Source: Octopus sinensis | Taxonomy: Eukaryota | DNA: 64,000 nt | Direction: 5' to 3' | Assembly: GCF_006345805.1 (NCBI RefSeq) | Contig: NC_043000.1 | Location: 93,992,001 to 94,056,000 of the forward strand | Shown here: in pieces, positions 25,259-38,994 of the stretch | How the letters are laid out: every line of letters starts with the position of its first letter | How positions within the stretch are numbered: the first letter of the stretch is position 1 | The notes under the pieces: model-generated | Told to the model about the DNA's origin: nothing | The model's input: the letters and a program-made list of their open reading frames with translations, nothing else | Database searches by the model: none | Translations under genes and position numbers: made by a program

Positions 25259-26205
25259 CCTCTATTAGTTCTGAATGATGTCACATAAGGAAAATCGATT
25301 GGTTGTATTCTTCCTTAACAAAAAAATTTAGAAAACTATATCTACCACCAAGAGAAAAGATGAGCATCCTATGTGTGAGGGTGGAAGATCTTTGGTAAAT
25401 AATTTAGGACAGTAGGAGCTAACACGTCTCCTGACTTTGTTTACGAAAGATACAAGAGATGATATCCCTAACCTAGAAGACCGGCGAGCAGTCGTTATCA
25501 TCCTGTATTTTAGTTATAGCTAATGTGTCTAGGAGTACATTATTGAACATGTAATATATTTCAGTGCAGTAAGCTGTGGTTTAGAGTGATTTGGCTACAA
25601 CTTTCTTCAGATCATTTGGGTAGTAGCATCTCCCTGTAAATGGCAAGATGGAAGCCCACTACTAGGTAGCAAATGTGAAGGGTGTGTTATAGAAGACGTC
25701 CGGATGTTCAGAGGGATCGGGGTTTTTTCTTAGGGTAGAATATTTAAGACATATACAATATTCAAACTTTAAGCATAAAAAATCTTTCTCGCGATTAAAA
25801 TAAGAATAGAACATTCAGCTATGAGTGAAGCAAAAATGACTGATTCAAGGTCTAATATAATTTAATTGTATAAGTCTTTGACTTCTATAGTAAGCTCTAC
25901 TAAATGTTAAGGCAGGAGGCAAATATTTATACAGATGTACACGGTGGAAAATATGAATAGTACACTACTAAGTAAACAAAGCCTCTGTTTTATTAAAATA
26001 ATGTTTTATTATTACTGTTGTTATGGCTCTTGTTTACGTAATTGTTGCTTTGTTTTATACGAGTTGTTTCCAGTTTAATCCAAAGAACTCAGGTAACAAC
26101 AAGTAGAATGTTTTGTTATTGGTGTAATTTATGATCAGCGGTAATATATTGTAGGGTAATGAGATCAGAATCTGAGAACTAAAATTCTATTAACTTTGTA
26201 ATGTT

Positions 26206-26800
26206 TCAATTTTGAAAGTGTTGACAATGGCTTTTTTCGGATGCGAATGCTACCCATGAGAACAATTCTGACAACTTGAGATATCCTGCTATTTTACCAT
26301 AGTGTTTAAGAGCGCCATTTCGTATTGTCCCCAAAGCTGTAATAATCACGGGGACGGTTGTTCTTAGATGCCATTTTTGAGATTTCTCTCCCAAGATCCT
26401 CATATTTACTTAATTATTCAAATATTTTACAGAATTGTTGCAGTCTTGTCAACCTGACATTTTACCACAATATTTATTCTATTGACCTGAATAGTATGAT
26501 CAGTTTCAAGGCTAAATTCTCAACGAATAGTGATGTCTTATTTTTTACTACTTTGGTTGACTTATGTTCCCACCAGTTCTTCTCATACGGCAGTCAAGAT
26601 TTACGGCATATAATCCAGTGCAAATACTATCCAAGTTTATCATGTATTCATCCAGAGATGAGGTGGTCACTTGTTTCTCTGGTTGCGTTATAAAAGTAGC
26701 AAGCAGGATCAGCACCATTTTAAAGCATGCTTGTTTGATAGCTTCTATAATGAAATCCTCTGTTTCTGATTTAAGTCCAAATGCATCATTATTACCATTG
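26206..26800 (-). mobile_element. R4/Dong-clade LINE fragment, decayed
   Basis: GLKSETEDFII..., then WHLRTTVPVIITALGTI. Confidence 0.75.
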
Positions 26801-26802
26801 TA

Positions 26803-27020
26803 AAGGCAGCGAGGTGGCAGAATCATAAGCACGCCGAGCAAAATGCTTAACGACATTTCGCCCGTTTTTACGTTCTGAGTTCAAATTCCGTCGGGGTTGG
26901 TTTTTTCTTTCATCCTTTCGGGGTGGATAAAACAAGTATTAGTTGAACACTAGGGTCGATTTCATCTACTCAGCCCCGCCCCCATAACTGCTGGCATTGT
27001 GCTAAAATTTGAAATCAATA
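26803..27020 (+). mobile_element. SINE family B, full length
   Basis: aaggcagcgaggtggcagaatc (A-box-like), gagttcaaattcc (B box), family tail. Confidence 0.88.
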
Positions 27021-27249
27021 TATCTTGTATACCTAGGATCTCAGGTATTGCATCCAGATTCTTTGAAATTGTTCCGAGTGTATTTAAAGATAATTATAAA
27101 GAATTTGAATAATAGATTTAAATTCCCTCTATTTTTTTCCTTTTGCAAGCATTATGGCGAGCTCCATATCCTTGTAGCCCATGGCTTTTCGATTATTAAT
27201 CCGGCTCTCATCGGTGCTACTCATTTGACTTCAGCAACAGCTTTTAACT

Positions 27250-27446
27250 TTTCTCTTCCATTTGTTTCAGTCGTGAGATAACAGCCATACTGGGGTACCA
27301 ACTTGAAGAATTTTTAGCCAGATAAATCGACTCCAGTTCTTTTTTAAGCCTGGTATTTATTCTATCGGGCTCTTTTGCAGAACCGCCAAGTTACAGAGAC
27401 GTAAACATACTAACACCGGTTGTCAAGTGGAGACAAACACAGACAC
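27250..27446 (-). mobile_element. SINE family A 3' half, abutting the mariner
   Basis: tgtttcagtc..gccatactgggg..tattctatcg..ctcttttgcagaaccg..ggttgtcaag. Confidence 0.8.
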
Positions 27447-28713
27447 ATCGTCAAAAATTATACGCTCTATTGTTTCTGGAATATATTAACGCAAAAGCAG
27501 GGATCGAACACTTACATCATTTTTCAACAGTGTCCTTGTTTTCCGATGCACTTCTTCCAGCGATCCACAAGTTTGCTCATTCCATCATAGAAGAAGCTTT
27601 TCGGCTTGTTGCGCAGTCATTTATGCAGCCCTTCTTGCACTTCTTCATCCGTAGCAAATCGACGATCTCGTAAACGATGTTTAAGCGGTCTAAAAAAGTG
27701 ACAGTCGGAAAAAAACGAGAACTGAACAGTAAGCAGGTGTTCTGGTAATCCGGGATCCAATTTTTCAATGGTTTCAACGGTGTGGGCGGCCGTATGTGGA
27801 CAGACATTGTCGTACAATAATAACTCTTGATTTCACAATAGACTTCAGCGTTTGGTGCGAATTGCTGATATCGGTTTGTTGGCCAGCATTTCACTGTAGT
27901 TTATGTTAATTGTAAACCCATTTTCTCGGCAATGTTCCAGTATAGGCCTTTTTGTGTCCCAGAACACGATTAGCATCACTTTTTCTGCGGAAGGTTTCTT
28001 CAATTTCTTTTTCGCTGGCGATCCCGGGAGTTTCCACTCCATACTCTGCCTCTTGGATTCTGACTCAACGTGATGGACCCTCTGACTATTCTCTCCAAAA
28101 AAGCTTTACCTTAATCATTGTAGCGGTCGAGTAAGTGTTGACAGATTACACGGTTCTGCTTATCCGATTCGATAAGCTATTTTGGCATCCATTTCTCACA
28201 AACTTTACGGAAGCGAAACTTGTCGCGGATGATTTCGTGTGTGAAACCATGATTAATTTGCAGAGAACATGCCATGTCATCAATGATCACACGTCGGTTC
28301 ACCAGAACCATCTCTCAAGTTTGTTGAATCTTCGCATCAGTAGTGGAGGTTGATAATCGTCCTGCTCCCTCTTCGATCATTGCACTTGTCCGGTCATTTT
28401 TAGAATTGTCGATTCACTCATGGACACTTCTACGCGGTCAAGTGAGTCTCCGATTTGTGCTGAAAGCCTGCAATGAATCTCAGCCCCTGATACATATTCA
28501 GACCAGAGAAATTGGATGAGTGACTTCTGTTCTTCCATTGCTACCGGAGCGGCCATGTTTACTCGATAACACAAGAAAGAAAACTGGAGTGATCAACATC
28601 AAATCTCGGTTGCGTAACTACAAAAGTACTATCTTTTACCGCTTGAGTATTGAAGGCAATGTAGCCAAGCCAAAGAAGGTTTTGGCGAAAATGCAGATAA
28701 TTTTTGATTGAAT
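27447..28713 (-). mobile_element. Mariner transposon, near full-length and decayed
   Basis: EEQKSLIQFLWSE..GAEIHCRLSAQ, MEWKLPGSPAKKK..SAEKVMLIVFWD, YDNVCPHTA, HFFRPLKHRLRDRRFATDEEV. Degenerate tcaaaaattat TIR cores at both ends. Confidence 0.92.
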
Positions 28714-28770
28714 ATATTGAATACGAAGTAGAAAAGAAAAACTATCACAGATAGATCATAATTTTAACAA

Positions 28771-28938
28771 CTGAACAACTGTTCCTTTAAGGATAAATAT
28801 CATTAATTCTATAATTACATAATTTAAATACCTAATTAATTAATATTAATATAATTTAATAAAGTATTATATTAATTGAGCAGCATTAATTAATTTAAAT
28901 TAATTTAAAGCAATGTTATCCTAAATCATCAGGAATTT
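28771..28938 (-). ncRNA. Degenerate hammerhead-like motif with long AT-rich stem II
   Basis: Minus strand: CTGATGA-tttaggataa-(over 110 nt AT-rich)-ttatccttaaa-GGAA-CAGTTG-TT. GAAA is changed to GGAA and stem I is not intact. Confidence 0.4.
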
Positions 28939-29010
28939 CTGGGCTATGCCAGACATTGAACTCTCAGTTACCGTGGATATATAATTTATAAATCATCACT
29001 TTTCATATGG

Positions 29011-29046
<36 letters not shown>

Positions 29047-29052
29047 TGTATG

Positions 29053-29141
<89 letters not shown>

Positions 29142-30934
29142 TATATAATATATATATATATGTATATATATGTATATATATATATGTGTGTGTGTGCATA
29201 TTTTGGCATAACAGACTACACCTCTAAACACGTTGACTTCTTTCCGTCTTAATTCTTATCTGTTATTCTTATCACACAAAAGTAACATTTTCCCCTCTCC
29301 AATACCGCCGTACTAAATAACTTAACCCAATCTTTTGTATTTTTAATTATCTCATCATTATTCTAATTTATTCAATTCTAAATCTCTAGTGATTTTTCAA
29401 ATCTTTTATTGCTAATTGTTTATTGTTAATTTCTTTTTTCTGTTTTTTATTCTCTATTTTCACTTTCTTTAAGACTAAAAAGCACAGCAAGCAAAAAATA
29501 GCATTAAATCAAATTAAATAAATAAACAAATGCGAATTACACTTGGATGAAAGTCGGCCTCCATTTTCTTTCTTCAAATTCAGTGTCAGCCATTTTACAA
29601 ATTTATCACTAATATTGTCCCTTACGTTGTTATTTCAGAATCATTTTGAATGACATAAAGGAACACATCAGTTACATCGTCATATCTATCTTTCTTACTC
29701 CTGTATTCGTCCCTACTCTCACTTCGCTTTCAATCCTCTCTCTATCTCTCCATCTCTTTTTCATGCCTGCACATATTCTCCCATCTATCGTTCTCGTACA
29801 TGGTTCCTCTCTTTTAATTCTGACACAACAAGACTAATTAGCATTGATTTATTATTTTCCAATTAGCGTGTCGTGTAAGTGTAAATTCATTCCTGACACA
29901 CAAAGCGCATTAGTGAGCAATTTTCTCTCATACTTCCATAGTTCCATCAATTCCTCTATCTCTTGTTTCTGTTCTATCCATCTTACGTCTAGTATTTCTC
30001 GCTCACACCTTCTATAACAAAGATCAGAGCAGGTTTCAATCACCATATGTTAATTGTAACATATCATCTAGAGGTGGCGATGAATTTTGTAAATAAAACA
30101 ATTATATTGTATGTTATTGGATATGCATGTATTTTTCTGTTTTTTTTTAATATACATACCACTGACCACTTTGAATTAATTCTCGTAGGTAATTTTCATT
30201 TAATTATGCAAATTATCTAAGCCATAAATGTGTTCTACTTCTTTTTGAAAAGACTAGAGGATAACATAGAATAACTGTCATGCTGTTGACGTTTATCGAG
30301 GCAGAAACACTGTCTCATTATCTCCAGACAATACGCCCAACCTTTTCTTTAATGGCTTGTCAAATTTAGAGAACTCTTGATTCTTGAGATTATCTTGCCT
30401 TCTGTAATGGAACTGGTCTCAATAACGACGTGATAATTATGTTACATCGTTTAAAGGCATAAATAATATTAATAAATTAAACATTTATGTAGTATGGTAT
30501 TTGACAAACCGGTTTTTGACTTTGTTATTAATGTACTTGAAATTGGTCGCTTTGTGTTATTTCTCTTAATTCATTTTGGTTTAATACATATGTATGCCCT
30601 GTATATCACATTAAACTGCATCCGTCAGTAACTATATAAAATCTTTATCATGTTTCAACCATGTCCTCCACTTAATCATTCAGCTTCTGTAAATATTTTA
30701 CTTCTCACCACATCAAAATATATCTTAATTGTTTACTACCTTAGATGTAGAGAGTTACATTCTTTGCTATCTTCGTTATAGCGAACTTCTACATATAACA
30801 AAATTACAGCCAGAGTTCAGATGTTCCCTTCTTTCCTATTCCAGAAACATTTGTTAGAACTGTATCTTGGCAATTATAGTATATCTCTTATAATCTGAAT
30901 CATTCAATCAAGTTGTATTTTTGCGTGGTTGTGT

Positions 30935-31310
30935 TTGCTTTTCATGGTAAGAAGTTTGCTTTTCGGTTCTGGGTTCAGTCTCATTGCGTTGCCCTTTGGT
31001 CAACTGTCTGTTACTATAGCCATAGGATGACAAAAACCTTGTGAGCAGGTTTGGTACACGGAGACTGAAAGAATTCCATCGAATATACACATATGTGTGT
31101 GTGTGTGTCTTTGTGTCAGTGCTTATTTCCTAACACCGGTTGACAACCGGTGATGGTGCATTTATGTCCTCGTAACGAAGCAGTTCGACGAAACCGACCG
31201 ATAGAATAAGTACCAGATAACGATGACCGGTGTCAATTCCTTCGGCCAAAATTCTTTAAGGCGGTGCCCCAGCATGGTTGTTGTCTAATGCCTGAAAAAA
31301 GTAAAAGATA
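30935..31310 (+). mobile_element. SINE family A, diverged
   Basis: tggtaagaagtttgct, gggttcagtctc, ccttgtgag..tttggta, gcggtgccccagcatgg..gtaaaaga. Confidence 0.85.
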
Positions 31311-31405
31311 GCTCCTTCGAAATATTTCTTTTAATGTCTGCCTTATTTAAGCATATTCCTTATTTTAGCATATCAACACGAATCCCACTCATTACAGTCA
31401 TATAT

Positions 31406-31477
<72 letters not shown>

Positions 31478-31479
<2 letters not shown>

Positions 31480-31766
31480 CAACAATTGAGGGTAAAATTA
31501 ATTAATTAATCAATTTCACCAAGTGTTCAGTATGCAAAGGGACCATTTAAGGCGAATTTAAATTATTACATTATATAAAAGGGCTTAGTAAAATAAATTA
31601 CTTTGCCGCATACTTCCGTGAGTTGAATTGAGCAAACACTATATGAGAGAGGTTTTCTTTAAGTATTAGAAATAGTTTTATAAATGTTTTTTTAGCTGCT
31701 ATTTCTAATGAGTTCAGTATGCGGCAAAGTAATTTATTTTACTAAGCCCTTTTATATAATGTAATA
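31478..31766. repeat. TA-embedded insert ending in a perfect 51-bp inverted repeat
   Basis: Arms 31564-31614 and 31716-31766, with a nested attagaaatag/ctatttctaat pair in the spacer. Confidence 0.9.
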
Positions 31767-31784
31767 TATATATATATATATACG

Positions 31785-31835
<51 letters not shown>

Positions 31836-31850
31836 GTATATATATATATA

Positions 31851-31899
<49 letters not shown>

Positions 31900-32002
31900 T
31901 ATATACGTACATACACGCGCACACGTACACACACACATATGAATATATGTACGTTTGCATGTCTGTCTGTCTGTATGTATGTATGTCTGTATGTATGTAT
32001 GT

Positions 32003-32305
32003 CATAATTCAGTCTATTTCAAGATTTCTTGCTAATAGAGAAAGAGCATATTTCTAATCTAAATCCAAGGATCCTTCATTGCAACTTCAGCAACCTCATT
32101 AGGGTATATTTGTTTGTATGAGTTAATGTGTGCATCATTTGGAGTCTGTGCGTGTGTAGATTTGTATGTCTTGTTTTATGCATGTATTCTCATGCATATA
32201 GCTGCATGTCTAGACATGCACATACATGCTTAAAAATAATAGACTTCTAGAAAGTTTTACGAATTTTTACACTTCCAATGTTGGATCGGTTCTTTAGTTT
32301 TCGAT
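32003..32305 (-). mobile_element. Second copy of the (TACA)n-flanked RLE element 3' end
   Basis: RKLKNRSNIGSVKIRKTF*KSII plus a 3' UTR homologous to 15589-15790, with (TATG)n on both sides. Confidence 0.78.
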
Positions 32306-32531
32306 GTATGTACGTTTGTATGTATGCATATATGCATGTATGAATTATGCATGCGTCTGTGTGAGTGTATGTATGCATGTATGTAAGGTATCTATTGAAC
32401 CAGGATATTTATGATCGTAAAATCTTTACTCATATGGCTCTTTCAGAAATGTTTACCTTTGGCTAATCGGCAACAATGACGAATTCATCACTACAAACAC
32501 TACCACAATCACCGTCCCCCCCACCACCTCC

Positions 32532-32562
<31 letters not shown>

Positions 32563-32906
32563 TTGGTAACTATCATCAGATACACCAGACAATGGACAAT
32601 TTATTTTACTGATTGCTGAAAGAAACCCGACTTCTTCGGTCAAAATATTTCAAGTGTGAGTGATAAGGAATGAGCTACGAATACAGCAGCCTCAACATGA
32701 TATACGTCTAGAAGAAGTCATCAGTGACAGCCACCGTTTAAATCATTTCATAGAGAAGATAAGACATGGATCGTCTTGAAACGTCGATGCGAATCGGAAA
32801 TACTTTCAGTCGAAATATGAGAGAACTATTAAATATATACGGATAATACTTAATGAAATGGTTAAACCTGACCTGTGTTTAAATATGTATATATATATAT
32901 ATACAT

Positions 32907-33030
32907 AGGCACAGGCGAGTTCAGTCCCACTGCACAGCACCTTAGGTAAATATCTTTTACTATAGCCTCGAGGCGACCAAAGCTTTGTGAGTGAATTTGG
33001 TAGACGGAAACTAAAAGAAGTCTGTTGTAT
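32907..33030 (+). mobile_element. SINE family A 5' fragment
   Basis: gttcagtcccactg..caccttaggtaa..gtgagtgaatttggtagacggaaact. Confidence 0.85.
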
Positions 33031-33756
33031 ATATATATAGTAGAAATATGTTACGAAAAGAAAATATAAAATACATGTGGAAATGTAAGGGTAAAATATG
33101 AAAAATCAACGAAAATGCATATTGCAGATAGAAAAATGCTATTTATGACAGGTAGTGACAAATATACACATTTAAATTAACTGAGGTAGTAATACGAGTC
33201 ATAAAGGTCATTATTATGAGATGATTATAAGAAGTTAATAATAATAATAAAAAACTAAGAGACCGAAACGAACCAATTGGTTTGCGCGTGGGCTATTCAT
33301 CGTTATATATGGGTGGGTGTGTGTGTGTGTGTATGTATATGTATGTATGTGTATTTATATATGCATACGACGAGCTTCTTTCATTTTCCGTCTTCCACAT
33401 CCACTCACTAAGATCAGCCCGAGGCTATAGTAGAAGACACCTGACCACGTATAGGTATATCATATTTATTCATTTAATAGCAGTTTGTTTCGGCTCCATA
33501 CATTATAAAATGTTGCGGACTCATCGGATGAACCTGAATCATCAGCATAAGTAACTGCATGAAGAAATTTCAAATTGCTATTTAAGACTGGGCTGCTATT
33601 TATCTCTACATATACATATATATATATGTGTGTGTGTACGCGCGCGTGTGTGTGTGTGTGTGTATGTGTATGTGTGTATGTATGTTTGTATTTATGTATG
33701 TATTTATATATATATGTATATATATGTGTATATATATATATATAGGAATATATATA

Positions 33757-34777
33757 CGAGGGGCGTTCAATAAGGGTCCGTGGAAACTATCATTCATGAC
33801 CATTTGCATATGCAAAAGGTGTCTGCCAGATGGATTCCCAGGTTGCTCACACCTTTCCCGAAGCAAGAACGCGTCGAGTGCTCGAGGATGAATTTGGAGA
33901 TGTGCCAATTGATTGTATATTACAATGTGGAGCGAATAAGGTCCTGGAGAACGCGAGATAAGCTACCTTGAGCCTAATGAATATAATGTTACGGATAAAA
34001 CTTCTTCGTAATTGTAGCAACAATTTCCAATGTCCAATTGAGAATAAATATCTTGAAAATAATTTAGTATATAAATGCACGGTAACAGCTTATGGTATTG
34101 CACGCTGTTACATACTTTCTTGACTTGCTCTACGGTATGGACTTCAAAGCTGCATCATCTGGGAAACGCTTTCCTTTCAAAAACAACTTCATGGCTGGGA
34201 AGAGGTGAATATTAGAGGGTGCAAGGTCAGGAGAGTAGGGGGATGGGGGAGGAGTTCATAGCCGCACGCCTGTGCTCCTGATCTGGTGACACGCGAGTTG
34301 TGGACCGAGGAGGAGGATGCCTTTGCTGATCTTGCCCCGCCTCTTGATTTTGATAGCTTCTCTTAATTTCCTCAAAAGTGAAGCATAATAGGCTCCTGTA
34401 ATTGCGGTACCCTTTGCCAGGAAATATGTCATCACTACTCCGTCCTGCTCCCAGGAGACTGTGAGCATGACCTTTCCAGCGGAGGGCTGCACCCTTGCCT
34501 TCTTTGGAGGAGGAGAGTCACGGTGCTTCCACTGCATTGACTGGGGTTTGAAAGCGTTTCCCAGATGATGCAGCTTTGATTTCTGAAGTCACGTCGTGGT
34601 TGGAGGACCAAGCTGGGGTCTTCTACAAAAACGGTCTCCAGAGCTGCATCAAACGATGAGAGAAATGCGTGACTCTGGGTGGTTCCTATGTAGAAAATGA
34701 CTAATAACTGTGCCAAGTTTCGTTGCTCTACTACTATGGGAAGTGGGTCAGGGGCATTACTTATTGAACGCCCCTCG
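33757..34777 (+). mobile_element. Rearranged mariner element (deletion, insert and internal inversion)
   Basis: Perfect 18-bp TIRs cgaggggcgttcaataag with TA flanks. Plus strand has KVSARWIPRLLT and KCVTLGGSYVE. Minus strand has SAGKVMLTV and PHPPYSPDLAPS. Confidence 0.95.
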
Positions 34778-34783
34778 TATATG

Positions 34784-34858
<75 letters not shown>

Positions 34859-34899
34859 TCTAAATATATCGAATATTATGCGGGAAAAGAAGAAAAATT

Positions 34900-35500
34900 T
34901 AATTCAAGCAGTATCTTAGCCTATACGGAAACGGGACTTTTGCTTAAATCAAAATCAGTTAATTCATAGAGCGTTCATCTGTTTTTATAGTACATTAGTA
35001 AATTTTATCTTGTGTATTTATAGCTGTAAAAGATGTTATCCGTAACATGACTCATAGGAAGTACTTCATTATAATAGTGGGAAGCTTTATTGAACTCCCA
35101 GTCTCATGAAACGAGAAAGAAGATATATTTTTAAGAAGGTATAGGCATATATATTTTCAGAAAGATAACATTTCACTGAGACTTTCTGTACGATTATTGT
35201 GCTGATAGTTTAATTTTATTGTTGAAATGGAAATGATAATATACACGTTCGTCATTCGGTGGTCTTAAACATCGAAAAAATATGTCGGACATCATCGTGA
35301 TTCACGTATCCAAGTGTTTTTAAATACTTTATAGCATTTTTATGAGATACGTGAAGTATCTTGGCAATGCCTCGTGCCATGTGACCGGAATTAATTTGAA
35401 TGAGTACTTCTAATTAGTCGTCATCAATGACTGTAGGCCTACCGGCATGTTCCCATCCTCACAGCCTTCCAGATCAAAATTTTCATTCTTAAACCTAGAA
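34900..35500 (-). pseudogene. Old mariner transposase relic (different subfamily)
   Basis: GRPTVIDDD*LEVLIQINSGHMARGIAKILHVSHKNAIKYLKTLG matches the mariner GRP/HTH2 region. Confidence 0.6.
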
Positions 35501-36790
35501 AACAATACGGTACGGACTTTAAAAACATATCAGAAATAGAGAAAAAATAATTATACAATTTTATGTAACCACATTTGAACTTTAAACGATAAGAATACTA
35601 AATATGATATTAAATGGTCAATTATTATAAGTGCTTCACACTATATTGGTAGTAATAGTAAATGCAATATTTGCCTTAAAGAAACACTCCTTATCCTTAT
35701 CTCCAAATATAAGTTATTAGACTATGGAAATGAATTAACAATAAAATGCTTGAATCCATATATAAAAACACTTAAATAATTCCCTGGTAAATATTTTCAG
35801 TATGAATTTACTTAGAAAAATGGGTGGCATACGTAACGCTAATCAAATATTCTCAAATTAATTTAACATGAGTTTAATTTAGAAGCACTAATTTAAAAAT
35901 TCAACCACTAGGATGACCTTTCGATTATGCTTTTTTTCAGCTAATATACATACTTCTATTAGAGTTGTATTTGATTCAATAAATAAGAACATTCTAAGAT
36001 TTTAATGCTTTTAATATGGGTACACGCCGTTGCCCAATGACGACAATATTAGCTTCTCCCCTTTTTGGGAGAATATATTGTTTTACATATATATATTAAG
36101 AATCATATTGGTTTATATATATACAAGAATATATGTTTATATTGTCTTAAGCATGATCGATCAGCAATACTAATTCATCTTGACCTGAATAAGGCTGCTA
36201 CTACTATAAATAACAGTATAGTAATCTACTCAGTTTCCAATGGGTCATTCTGAGTTTAAATATAGCTAGATCTCCGGGCATACCATATCTCATTACTATT
36301 TCCATTCTCTGTTGTCCTAATCTCTTATATTCCCACACCAAGGAGATTTCAGGAATTTATATTTCGTATCAGAATTCTTGAGTTTGCTTCGTCTTGCAGG
36401 ATGCAAAAAACACACTGATGTAAATTTGTGTAAGATTGTCAACCTTTGGATAAGAATTTGGACTACAATTAATTTAATATAAATCAAAAACTATCACAAC
36501 AAAGGAAGCTAAGATATTTATTCAGCGAAAACACGTGTCGGGATTTAATATAAAGAAAATGATTTTAATTAAATAGATTTTAATGATGTACAACTCTCTA
36601 TTTTCCATTAGTTGGTCTTCATATGTGTGTGTGCATGTATGTACGTATGTGTGTATATAATATATGTACGCATACATAAGTACGCACATACTTACATACG
36701 TACGTACATACACACGTGCACACACACATATATACATATATATATATATATGTATCAAATGAAATAAAAAAACAGAACACAAAGGATTCA

Positions 36791-36854
<64 letters not shown>

Positions 36855-36867
36855 CATATATACATAT

Positions 36868-36911
<44 letters not shown>

Positions 36912-37114
36912 TTTAGGTATGCGCATGCAAACTTTTGATCTGTAGAGTGGCCAAGAGGACTAAAGCGATTGATTTAGTGCAAATGTTTTGACCTTCACAT
37001 GCAGTCAGGATATGCTAAATATTTAGCTTAAACACGTTAATTTTATTAAATTATTCTGATATAAAAATAATAGAAGACTAACCACAGGAAAAACCTGTAC
37101 GTGGACACTAATTT

Positions 37115-37302
37115 TGTTAGAAATAGCAGTTAAATTTCCTTGAAATCACTCTAAACCGTTATAGGGTGTAGGATCAAATTAGATAGTATAATCGAAATTA
37201 ATAATGTCTGAAAAATGTGATGACGTGGTCACGGATGGAACGTCTTTAATTATATATTTATTTAATGAAGAATGCCATGCGGTAAAACAATAATAATAAC
37301 AA
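37115..37302 (+). mobile_element. Old SINE-like family E copy
   Basis: ttagaaatagcag..aaatcac..tggtcacggatggaa..aaacaataataa. Confidence 0.55.
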
Positions 37303-37539
37303 TACTAGAAGAACATTAGTTTACTACGAATGGCAGAGTACTTTGTATGTGATCAACTACTGAATTTCGGTAAATAAAAGCGGGGATTTGAAGGTTATGT
37401 TATAGCTTATATAATTATAGATAAATTATCTATGTTCCGTTGTAATGATTTCATCCTTTATTTCTTCCCTTTCAACCCCTTTCTTTGTACTTCTTCATTA
37501 GTTGTTGCTCCTTTTTCTTTTTTCTAGGTTCACTACCCT

Positions 37540-37780
37540 ATGAGATCCAGAATACCAAATGCACAAGTTACACTGGAACGGGCATACTGCAAGGCTGATA
37601 TCAAGTAGACCTGTACTGTTGTCGAATTGTACCGAAGAGATCAAAAGAGATCATTCAGAAGATTCCCAAGATGATAGGAAAATAAATATTCTTCAATGTT
37701 AAATGGAAATGTACGATACAATCAAAGGAAGAACATACATCTCTGGTCACAATGCATCATGACCAGAGATATATCACACA
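37540..37780 (+). mobile_element. RTE-clade LINE 3' fragment
   Basis: KLHWNGHTARL..VVELYRRDQKRSFRRFPR resembles the RTE motif W.GH.AR...W.PR..KR..GRP..RW. Confidence 0.6.
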
Positions 37781-38994
37781 TATGATATTGTCGTAAAGAA
37801 AAGCGGAAAATAGAAGAGAAAAGGAGCGAGTGGCTCTAGTATTTGAGAAGGGTAATGGAATGATGTAAAATTAACACCATTTAAGAGGATATTAATCGCA
37901 TTAATGAGCCACGGTTTGCCAGGAGCTTATTGTTTTCTGTACGGTGTCCTCCATATTGCTTTTTTGACTATAAGTTTTTGTTGTTTACTTAATTCAAGTC
38001 AGTTCTCATCGTGTCGAGCTATGATGAAAGGTATTCATGTTATAATTATCTCAGCGTTTTAAGGTAGCTGGCAATGTGTTATCTAACGAGTTCTTCCTTC
38101 CATTTTATTATCATTAACTGTTATTAAGGGAGATATAAATGACTTTCTAGTAGGCTGAACAACTACGTAGTGGCTCTTTTTGACTCTTTTTTAATAATGT
38201 TTAATAATGTGGAGGAACTGTCACAAATTTGACGGTAGAATATACTAATTACATGACTGGCACTTATAGAATTGTTCTCCACGTAAGATGAAAGAAATAT
38301 AAACGAATAACGTGAGAGCTGAATATGGGACGTTAAGCGGGGCCAAAACAAAATATAACTGATCTTCTATTTTTCTCGAGTCATTGTTTTTAACTGCCGT
38401 AATATCAATTTCTTATTCAGAAACACCTTATGAATTCAAATCACTAGATGTGTAGTGTATGTGTAACGGTTTTGGCTCTATGAAATACACTAAATGTGAT
38501 GTAAATCCTTTCATAAATTTCACTGAGGACATCAAACCCGTGCATGACTTTAGTCATTAGTCATTATGACTATGCTCCACAAATCATGCATAGAATATCG
38601 CTCTATCGTAAAAGCCATGTCAATACAATGTGTAGCAAAAAACGGAAAAGAAAAAGAAACTGACGACATAAGACAGTTTACAGCAGTGAATGCTTTCACA
38701 CAGTTATATCTAATTAAGTGTAAAAGCGTCGCTAAAAGTTAAGTTTTTAAAATTGGTTCTATGAAAGATACTGTGCATTAACTCCAAAAACTAACGATTT
38801 TCTTTCTTTTTTTTTTGTTTTTATTTCTGTTTGTCAATACCTTATCGAATCGGCCCAAAATGGTTTATCCGAGTCTCTGCCTGACTTCTACGACAATGAT
38901 TCTCTTTGTGTACTCACTAAGATAAAATTTGAGTCAAGACTTTAACAGAGCTTAAGATGTGATGCATTCTGTCATTATATCGTCTATGATGTCA

